From: an uncultured Armatimonadetes bacterium
Lineage (GTDB): Bacteria; Armatimonadota; UBA5829; DTJY01
Assembly (NCBI GenBank): GCA_963717145.1
Contig: OY970325.1
Location: 2,976,001 to 3,040,000, forward strand
Length of the DNA stretch: 64,000 bases
Direction: 5' to 3'
Positions 1 through 8,420 of the stretch are shown here, in pieces. A program made the position numbers and the translations under genes. The notes under the pieces are model-generated. The model saw nothing but the letters and a program-made list of their open reading frames with translations. It was not told where the DNA came from and did not search any database. How positions within the stretch are numbered: position 1 is the first letter of the stretch; the number at the start of each line of letters is the position of its first letter.

Positions 1-355
1 ACGACGATGGCAACGTCGTCGACCTGGAGACGCCGTACTCGGGATCGAACCTGTTCTCGCTGGCGTCGGGCGGCGCGATCTACGTCCGCGACCCGCGCAA
101 GCTGCTCGACAACGAGCAGCTGAACGGCGGCGAGTACCGCGAACTGACGGACGCGGACTGGAAGCTGATCAAGCCGTATCCTGGAGGAGAACGAGCAGCT
201 TTTCGACATATCCGGTCTCGCGGCTGCTGACCGTCGACGGCGAACTCAGGGAGCCGGCGGAGGTCTACCGCAAGGTCGCCCCTGCCAGGCCGATAGTCGC
301 GGTCGGCGGCCCTGCCGATGACGATGCGAACGTTGGTGAGGAATCGGATGACTAA
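1..355 (+). CDS. 3' end of a glutamate synthase alpha-subunit-like protein (partial, about 2 indels)
   Basis: Manual translation across indels near 180 and 213: DDGNVVDLETPYSGSNLFSLASGGAIYVRDPR...LEENEQLF...VYRKV...EESDD*. The TAA stop at 353-355 overlaps the next gene start. Confidence 0.6.
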   Translation, partial: RRWQRRRPGDAVLGIEPVLAGVGRRDLRPRPAQAARQRAAERRRVPRTDGRGLEADQAVSWRRTSSFSTYPVSRLLTVDGELREPAEVYRKVAPARPIVAVGGPADDDANVGEESDD

Positions 356-918
356 GACAGATCACCATCGAGAAGATAGACAACAGCCTGCTGCAGGGAA
401 CTCGACCCGGAGGGCAGGCTGAACCTGACGCTCGTGCCTGCAGTGCGGGCGATGCTCGTCCGGCTGCACCATGCGCCAGGAGACGGACATCCTCCCGCAT
501 CAGCTCAACCGCATGGCGGCGCTCGGGATGAAGGATGAGCTGCTCGCGAGCAAGGCGATCTGGACGTGCGTATCGTGCCACACGTGCGTCTCGCGCTGCC
601 CGATGCAGGTCGATACGCCCGCGCTGTCGACAAGCTGCGCGACGATGGCCGTGTCCGCGCCGGCGCAGACCTTGAGCGAGTGCGCATCTTCAACGAGGTG
701 ATGCTCGGCTCGGTCGGCAGCTTCGGCCGAGTCTACGAGTTCGGGCTGATGGCGGCCTACAAGCTGCGGACGCGCGACTTCTTCAGCGATCTGGCGAAGT
801 TCCCGACGATGCTGCTGAAGGGCAAGATGAAGCTCTTCCCGCCGTCGACTTGCGGGACGCAAGGCGCGTGGCGGCGATATTCGAGCAATGCCGGAACGCA
901 CGGAGGGCAGAGAAATGA
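348..918 (+). CDS. hdrC: Heterodisulfide reductase subunit C (4Fe-4S), broken by several indels
   Basis: Fragments QCGRCSSGCTMRQETDILPHQL, IWTCVSCHTCVSRCP and FGRVYEFGLMAAYKL in shifting frames; lies directly upstream of hdrB. Confidence 0.8.
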
Positions 919-1794
919 AGATACTCTTTCTTCCCGGGCTGCTCGCTGGATTCGACTGCCGCGGACTTCCAGATGTCCACACTGGCAGTCGCGAAGGCGC
1001 TGGGAATCGAGCTGGAAGAGATACCCGGACTGGACCTGCTGCGGCTCGACTCCCGCGCACGCGACCGATGCGCTGCTGGCGGCGTCGCTTCCGGCTCGCA
1101 ACCTGGCGATTGCCGAGGAAGCTGGGACAGGATGTGGTCGTCTGCTGCGCGGCGTGCTACGGCACGGCTCGCAGCGGCGAACCTGGCGATCAGCAGAAGA
1201 TGCAGACCTGCGAGCGGAAGTCGCCGAGACGATCGGCCGCGAGTACGCGGGCGGCGTGAAGGTGCGGCATTTCCTGCAGGTGCTGCTCGAGGATATCGGG
1301 CTCGCGGAGATCAAGGATCTGGTCACGCGCAGTCTCGGCGGGCTGAAGGTCGCATGCTACTACGGCTGCCTGCTCACTCGTCCGAAAGAGCTGAGCATCG
1401 TCGACGATCCCGAGGACCCGCAGTTGATGGAGAGACCTGCTGACGGCCGCAGGCGCGGAAGCCATCGAGTGGCCGTTACAAGACCGAGTGCTGCGGCGCG
1501 AGTTTCTCGATCACGCGAACGGACACCGTAAAGCGCCTGTGCGGCGAGATTCTGCGGATGGCGAAGGAGAGCGGCGCGGACTGCATCGCGGTCGCCTGCC
1601 CGCTCTGCCAGACGAACCTCGACCTGCGGCAGGCGGATATCGAGAAGGCGACCGGCGAGACGTTCGGGCTGCCGGTGTTCTATTTCACCCAGCTCCTGGG
1701 GCACGCGTTCGGCCTGTCCGACGAGGAGTTGGGAATCGGGAAGCTGATGACCGAACCCGTGCGAAGGTGTTGGCGAGGTAGAGTACGAGTATGA
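915..1794 (+). CDS. hdrB: Heterodisulfide reductase subunit B (CCG domains), broken by indels
   Basis: PGCSLD, DWTCCGSTPAH, KVACYYGCLLTRP, CCGAS and ACPLCQTNLD motifs across ORFs 888, 973, 566 and 1558. Confidence 0.88.
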
Positions 1795-4700
1795 GTACGA
1801 GTCAAGAGCACAATTGGCGCTGTGATGGTGTGTGGCGGAGGGATCGCCGGGATACAGTCGGCGCTCGACCTCGCCAACTCGGGGTTCAAGGTCTATCTCG
1901 TCGAGAAGTCGCCGACGATCGGCGGCAAGATGGCACAGCTCGACAAGACCTTCCCCACCGGCGACTGCGCCACGTGTATCATTTCGCCGAAGCTCGTCGA
2001 GTGCACGCGCAACCTGAACATCGAGATCCTCACTCAGTCACAGATCGAGGAGATGGAGGGCGAGCCGGGCGACTTCCGCGTGAAGATCCGTCAGAAGGCC
2101 CGATTCGTCGACATCAAGAAGTGCAACGCGTGCGGCGACTGCGAGAAGGTCTGCCCGGTGATGGTGCCCGACGACTTCAACCGCGGGCTGAGCAAGACTA
2201 CGGCGATCCACAAGATCACCGCGCAGGCGGTCCCGAACGCTCACGTCATCGACAAGCGCAAGCGTCCCCCGTGCGTTTCGGCCTGTCCGATGGGCCAGAA
2301 CGCTCAGGCATATATCGCTCTGATCGCGAAGGGCAAGTTCGCTGAGGCGGCGGAGATCATCCGCAAGGACAATCCCCTGCCCCTCATCTGCGGCTACGTC
2401 TGCCATCGCCCGTGCGAGGCCGAATGCCAGCAGGGACGATACGGCGATCCGGTCTCGATCCGCGAGTTGAAGAAGTTCGCGCTCGATCAGGCGGGACCCT
2501 CTCCCTCATCCGTAGGGGAGGCCTTCAACGGCCTCCCGGCCGGGAGGCCGTTGAAGGCCTCCCCTACGGATGAGGGAGAGGGTGCACGGCAGGAGAAGGT
2601 CGCGATCATCGGCTGTGGTCCCGCAGGGCTGGGCGCGGCGGACTACCTTGCCCGAAAGGGATACGGCGTCACGATCCTCGAGGCGCTTCCGGTCCCGGGC
2701 GGCATGATGCGCGCCGGCATCCCCGATTTCCGACTACCGCGACAGGTGCTCGACAACCAGGTGAACCGCATCCTCGACCTCGGCGTCGAGGTGAAGTACG
2801 AGACGCCCGTCGGACCCGGCCTGACCCTGGACGATCTGCTCAAGAACTACAAGGCGGTCTTCGTCGGAGTCGGCGCACAGAAGAGCTCCGGGCTCGGGAT
2901 CGACGGCGAGGATCTCAAGGGCGTTCGTTCGGGCATCGATTTCATCAAGCAGGTGAACCTGGGCGAGCAGGTCGAGATCGGCAACAGAGTAGCCGTCATC
3001 GGAGCGGGCAATGCGGCGATGGATATCGCCCGCACCGCCCTGCGACTCGGCGCGAAAGAAGTCACCATCGTCTACCGCCGAACCAAGCGCGAGATGCCCG
3101 CCGACCCGGTGGAGGTCGAGGACGCAATCGCCGAGGGCGTGAAGTTCGTGTTCCTCACAAACCCAAAGGCGTTCCTTGGCCACGAACGGTACGCTAATCG
3201 CCATCGAATGCCAGAAGATGAAGCTTTCTGACGAGCACGACGCGTCCGGTCGCAGAAGGCCGGTACCGATCGAGGGCTCGGAGCATGCACTCCAGTTCGA
3301 CGAAGCCATCATTGCCACAGGTCAGACGCCCGACCTCGGATTCTGCGAAGGCACTGACATCGAGCTTAACAAGTGGGGACTGCTGAAGGTCGATCCGATC
3401 ACTCTGGCCACGAACAAGCCGGGCGTATTCGCGGGCGGCGACGTGTGCGCGGGTGCCGGAACCTTGAGCGAGGCGGTCGGCGCGGGAATCCGTGCTGCCG
3501 TATCCATTGACAAGTTTATCAACGGCGAAGACATCGCCGAGGGGCGCGACCCCGATTCGCGCATCTGGTCCGACGACGATCATCGCGAGTTGGAGAGAGC
3601 GCATTCCCGCGAGAAGCGTCTCAAGAGCAAGCGCATACCACCATCATCCGTAGGGGAGGCCTTCAACGGCCTCCCGGCCGGGAGGCCGTTGAAGGCCTCC
3701 CCTACGGATGTGGTTGGCGGCTACTCGGTGGAGGACGCAATCCTGGAGGCCGAGCGATGCCTCGCATGCGGAATCTGCTGCGAGTGCATGGAGTGCGTCA
3801 AGGCCTGCCAGCCGAAGGCGATCGACCACGAGATGAAGGACACCGTCCGCGAGATCGAGGTCGGCGCGGTCATCCTCTCACCGGGTTACGAGGAGTTCGA
3901 CGCCCGGCTGCGCGGTGAGTTCGGCTTCGGGCGATACCCCAACGTCGTCACCAACGTGCAGTTCGAGCGAATGCTCTCGGCCAGCGGTCCGTTCGGCGGG
4001 CATGTGATCAGGCCGTCCGACGGCGGGGAGCCGAAGCGAATCGCCTTCATCCAGTGCGTCGGCTCGCGCGATACGTCGACCGAGAAGCCGTATTGCTCGT
4101 CGGTCTGCTGCATGGCCGCGATCAAGGAATCGGTCGTGGCGAAGAGCCATTCGCCGGAACTCGATGCGACGATCTTCTACACCGACATCCGCGCGTTCGG
4201 CAAGGATTTCGACCGCTACTACGAGCGCGCGAAGACCGAGGGCGTGCAGTTCGAGCGGAGCATGGTCTCCCGCGTCGTCGAGATGCCGGGCTCGAAGATC
4301 CTGCAGGCTCTCCTACATCAAGGACGGAGAGCCCGTGGACGAGGAGTTCGACATCGTGGTGCTCTCGACCGGCATTCGGCCCAGCGAGGAAGCGATCCGG
4401 ACCGCAGGCGCGGTCGGCGTCGAGCTGAACGAGTGCGGTTTCTGCCGGACGAGACGGCACTACGGCGACATCGACGCGATGGCGTCTTCGTCGCGGGAGC
4501 GTTCCAGGAGCCGAAGGACATCCCCGAGACCGTCACCCAGGCGAGCGCGGCGGCGGCGATGGCGATGGAGCTGCTTGCCCCGGCTCGCGGCACGATGGTC
4601 GCCGAGAAGAACTACCCGCGCGAGCACGATTTCACCGACGCGCCGCCGCGAATCGGCGTGTTCATCTGCCACTGCGGGATCAACATCGCGTCCGTCGTCG

Positions 4701-6305
4701 ATGTCGAGAAGGTCGTCGAGGCGGCGAAGGGCATGCCGTTCGTCGCCTATGCGGAGAACGCGATCTACGCCTGCGCGGACAACACGCAGGACCGCATCAA
4801 GGAACTGATCAAGGAGCACCATCTGAACCGGCTGATCGTGGCGTCCTGCACGCCGCGCACCCACGAGGCGCTCTTCCGCGACACGGCGCGCGAGTGCGGC
4901 CTGAACCCGTTCCTCGTCGACATGGCCAACATCCGCGACCAATGTTCGTGGGTCCACTCGGCCGATCACGAGGCCGCGACCGAGAAGTCGATCGACCTCG
5001 TGCGGATGGCGGTCGGGCGCTCGGCGAGGCTGATCGTCGCTCACCAGCGAGGAGCTGCCGGTCACGCAGTCGGCGCTGGTCCTCGGCGGCGGCCCGAGCG
5101 GGATGACCGCCGCGCTTTCGCTCGCGAACCAGGGCTTCCGCGTGCATCTGGTCGAGAAGACCGACGCGCTTGGCGGACGTCTGAAGGCTCCGCGGAGACG
5201 GATCTGCTCGACCGGCTCGTGACGATGGTCGCAGAACCATCCGCTTATCTCGACGTATCTTTCGTCGAAGCTCGACACGCTCACGGGCCACGTCGGGCAA
5301 CTTCACGAGCGAGGTAGAGACGCCCGATGGACCGAAGAAGGTCGAGCACGGCGTGCTCATAGTCGCAATCGGCGGCACGGAGTACAAGCCGACTGAGTAT
5401 CTCTACGGCAAGGACGCGCGGGTCGTGACTCAGCGCGAGCTCGAGAAGAAGCTCGCGTCGGGCGATCTCAACCTGCGGCGACGAGCCGACGGTCGCGATG
5501 ATCCAGTGCGTCGGGTCGCGGAACGAGGAGCGGCCGTTCTGCAGCCGGTCGTGCTGCACGGACGCGGTCAAGAACGCGATCCGCATCAAGGAACTAGGCC
5601 CGGACGCGGTGGTGGTGCTCTATCGCGACATGCGGACCTACGGCTCGAACGAGCTGCTCTACCAGAAGGCGCGCGAGATGGGCGTGCTCTTCGTGAGATA
5701 CGATCCCGAGCAGCCCGCCGAGGTCTCGAACGACGAGATCGCTTCGGATCAAGTTCACCGAGCCTGACCTGAACGTCCCGATCGATCTCGCGCTCGACCT
5801 GCTCGTTCTCTCGACCGGCATGTCGCCCGCGACCGATAACGTGGAGGTCTCGGAGCTGGCGAAGATCCCGATCAACGCCGACGGGTTCTTCCTCGAGGCG
5901 CACGTGAAGCTGCGGCCCGGTGGACTTCGCGTCGGAGGGCATCTTCCTGTGCGGGAGCGCGCACTCGCCGAAGACGACGATGGAGAACATCCAGCAGGGG
6001 CGAGCGGCGGCCGGCCGCGCGGCGACGATCCTGAGCAAGAAGACGATGGTGGTCGGCGGCCAGGTGAGCCACGTGGACGTTCGCAAGTGCGTGTCGTGCC
6101 TGACCTGCGTGAAGGTCTGCCCGTACGACGCGCCGGAAGTGAGCGAGTCGAACGGCAAGAACCGCGTGGAGATCAGGCGGCGAAGTGCATGGGCTGCGGA
6201 AGCTGTGCGTCGGCGTGCCCGGCGAAGGCGATCCAGCTCCAGCACTTCACGGACAAGCAGGTCGAGGCGGCGATCGAAGCGCTTCTCGAAGCGGTAACAC
6301 GCTAA
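1791..6305 (+). CDS. hdrA: Large HdrA-family flavoprotein with an inserted GltD-like NAD(P)H oxidoreductase module (HdrL-type), about 1500 aa, multiple indels
   Basis: HdrA motifs: GGGIAG..LDKTFPTGDC, FIQCVGSRD...CSSVCCM, CHCGINIA, ASCTPRTHE, NIRDQCSWVH, DGFFLEAHVKLRP and ferredoxin CxxCxxCxxxCP motifs. GltD motifs: PPCVSACP, CGYVCHRPCE, GCGPAG and GAGNAAMD..YRRT. Confidence 0.88.
2496..2583. repeat. Perfect 88-bp palindrome (GTAG-REP doublet, family A) inside hdrA, in frame
   Basis: accctctccctcatccGTAGgggaggccttcaacggcctcccgg|ccgggagg...CTACggatgagggagagggt. Confidence 0.93.
3645..3710. repeat. Perfect 66-bp palindrome (GTAG-REP doublet, family A) inside hdrA, in frame
   Basis: Same core as 2496-2583; translated as SSVGEAFNGLPAGRPLKASPTD. 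Confidence 0.93.
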
Positions 6306-6310
6306 CCGAA

Positions 6311-6402
6311 ATGTCCCCCTTACGAAGGGGGACCGGCCTCTGGGCCGAGGGGGTTTTCCGACTCCCGACTGATAACTGATAACTGATTACTGAAGACTGG
6401 TT
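6311..6402. repeat. REP-like element (family D, CCCCTTACGAAGGGG hairpin) followed by an ACTGATA heptamer tract
   Basis: The same element occurs as a doublet at 36786-36901. Heptamers actcccg-actgata-actgata-actgatt-actgaag-actggtt at 6361-6402. Confidence 0.8.
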
Positions 6403-6408
6403 TCCCAA

Positions 6409-6829
6409 ATGACTGATTTCGAACCGAAAATCCTTGCTCTCTGCTGCCATTACTGCGCATATGCCGCCGCGGACCTCGCCGGCTCGATGCGCCTGCAGTA
6501 TCCCGCCGAATGTGCGCGTCCTGCGGCTGCCGTGCACGGGGAAGGTCGACGTGGACTACCTCATGAAGGCATTCGAGCAGGGCGTGGACGGCGTGATCGT
6601 CGCCGGGTGCCTCGAGGGCGGCTGCCACTTCCAGGAGGGCAACCTCTACGCCCGAAAGCGCGTCGGCCTCGCGAAGGATGTCCTCGCGGAAGCCGGCATC
6701 GAGGGCGAGAGACTGGAGATGTTCAACCTCTCCTCCGCCGAGGGCAACCGTTTCGCCGAGATCGTACAACAAATGACCGAAAGGATCAAGGAGTTGGGAC
6801 CGAACCCGATCAGGGGTTGTGGGGTGTAG
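6409..6829 (+). CDS. mvhD: MvhD/FlpD [2Fe-2S] subunit (one indel near 6505)
   Basis: CCHYCAYAAADLAGSMRLQYP followed by PNVRVLRLPCTGKVD...GVDGVIVAGCLEGGCHFQEGN. Confidence 0.9.
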
Positions 6830-6905
6830 GTTATGGGTTGTGGGTTTTGGGTTATGGGTTTTGGGTTCTAGGTTTTGGGTGTCGGGTTGGGGGTTAACGG
6901 TTTTC
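6815..6905. repeat. Tandem degenerate heptamer tract (GGTTxTG)n, about 13 units
   Basis: ggttgtg gggtgta ggttatg ggttgtg ggttttg ggttatg ggttttg ggttcta ggttttg...; contains the mvhD stop codon. Confidence 0.9.
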
Positions 6906-6919
6906 AGGGAGGGATTCGT

Positions 6920-7378
6920 TTGGCGAAGTTGAATTCGTTCCGCGATTTGAACGTCTATCAGGAACTCAAGAAGTTGCACCTGATTGTACATGAGATCACC
7001 CTTGGCTTCCCCAAGTTCGAGACATATGAGCTTGGTTCGCAGCTCAGGCGATCGTCGAACTCTGCCCCTGCCATTGTCGCCGAAGGATGGGGCAGCAGGC
7101 ACACCAACATCTACATTGAGGCCGTCGATCGTGCTATTGGTGAGGTGAGAGAAACCCAGCACCACCTGGATGTCGCATGTGATAAGGGTTATCTGGACAC
7201 CCGGCGCTTTCAGGACCTGGACGCGGAATATGAAGGCTGCAATCGAATGCTTGAGTCGCTGCACCAGTCACTGAGCCAGTGGAAGGGCAGCACACGGACC
7301 GGCAATATGATCCGTGAAGAACCTGCCGTCTATGAAGTCGGAGACCCGAACCCAGAACCCATAACCCAAAACCCATAA
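6920..7378 (+). CDS. Four-helix-bundle protein (23S rRNA IVS / bAvd-like family)
   Basis: TTG start after AGGGAGG; SFRDLNVYQ...FPKFETYELGSQLRRSSNSAPAIVAEGWG...GEVRETQHHLDVACDKGYL. Confidence 0.88.
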   Translation: MAKLNSFRDLNVYQELKKLHLIVHEITLGFPKFETYELGSQLRRSSNSAPAIVAEGWGSRHTNIYIEAVDRAIGEVRETQHHLDVACDKGYLDTRRFQDLDAEYEGCNRMLESLHQSLSQWKGSTRTGNMIREEPAVYEVGDPNPEPITQNP

Positions 7379-7436
7379 CCCAAACCCATAACCCAGAACC
7401 CGTAACCCAGAACCCATAACCCATAACCCGTAACCC
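7341..7436. repeat. Tandem heptamer tract (xxAACCC)n, about 13 units, reverse complement of 6815-6905
   Basis: agaaccc ataaccc aaaaccc ataaccc ... gtaaccc; ends just before the GGAGG ribosome-binding site of metV. Confidence 0.9.
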
Positions 7437-7451
7437 TCTGGAGGAATCGCC

Positions 7452-8132
7452 ATGATCGTTGCTCATCGCAAACACATACAGGACTTGAAGGCCATGCTGG
7501 CTGAGTATCCGCGCGTGCTCGTGCTCGGATGCGGCACGTGCGTCACCGTCTGCCTCGCAGGCGGGGAGCGCGAGGTCGGGATGATCAGTTCCGCGCTTCG
7601 AATCGCCAACAAGATGGATAAGGGCGCGTCGGAACAGAGTGTCGTCGAGGCCACGATCGAGCGCCAGTGCGAGAACCAGTTCATCGAGGACGCGCTCGAC
7701 GAGATCCTCGCAGCCGATGCGGTGCTCTCGCTCGCATGTGGCGCGGGCGTCCAGGCGATCGCGGAGCGGTTCCCGAACAAGCCGGTCTACGCCGGGCTCG
7801 ACACCAAGTTCATCGGAATCCTCCAGGAGCAGGGCATCTGGACCGAGAAGTGCGTCGGATGCGGGAAGTGCGTGCTCGGAAGCTACGGCGCGGTCTGCCC
7901 GATCACCCGCTGCTCGAAGGCGCAGCTCAGCGGTCCGTGCGGAGGCGCTCGTGACGGCAAGTGCGAGGTCGCGGAGGACATGGACTGCGCCTGGCAGCTC
8001 ATCTACGACCGACTGAAAGCGCTCGGCCAGCTCGACCGCCTCGCCGAGCCCGCTCCCCTCGCGGATTGGTCGAAGTCCCACGAAGGCGGCGCGCGCAAGA
8101 TCGTCCGCGAAGACCAGCGGATCGGGAAGTAG
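7452..8132 (+). CDS. metV: Methylene-THF reductase small Fe-S/Zn subunit (MetV, MTHFR C-terminal domain)
   Basis: GCGTCVTVCLAGGEREV, ERQCE, LACGAGVQ, CVGCGKC..CPITRCSKAQLSGPCGG..CEV..DCAWQLIYDRL; sits after hdr-mvhD. Confidence 0.88.
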   Translation: MIVAHRKHIQDLKAMLAEYPRVLVLGCGTCVTVCLAGGEREVGMISSALRIANKMDKGASEQSVVEATIERQCENQFIEDALDEILAADAVLSLACGAGVQAIAERFPNKPVYAGLDTKFIGILQEQGIWTEKCVGCGKCVLGSYGAVCPITRCSKAQLSGPCGGARDGKCEVAEDMDCAWQLIYDRLKALGQLDRLAEPAPLADWSKSHEGGARKIVREDQRIGK

Positions 8133-8325
8133 TCAGTCTTCAGTTATCAGTCATCAGTGAAGACCCCGGACGATACGTTCGGGACAGACCAAGCGATATT
8201 CGGGATGGAGTTGTACTCCATCCCGTTTTGCTTGTTTGCCGATGCCTCGGCCTCCCGTCTCTCACAGCCCCCTGCCGGCGTCGTGTTCTCCGATCACACA
8301 AGACGTGCGCCATACCGCTCGGTGA

Positions 8326-8354
8326 TTGACTCAATGCTTACTATATGTTACGCT
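8326..8354 (+). promoter_or_regulatory. Putative sigma70 promoter for the STAND gene
   Basis: TTGACT-17 nt-TACGCT with a TG extension, 66 nt upstream of ATG 8421. Confidence 0.55.
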
Positions 8355-8420
8355 TAGGTGTCCGGCAACAACTCCGCCGTACTACTAAGGCAGACTCCAG
8401 CCGGGAAGAGGTCCCCAGCC

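Noticed and set aside
6920-7378. Diversity-generating retroelement (Avd-like gene)
   Set aside because: No reverse transcriptase is present and no template/variable repeat pair with adenine-specific mismatches was found. The 42471/43521 duplication is not adenine-biased.
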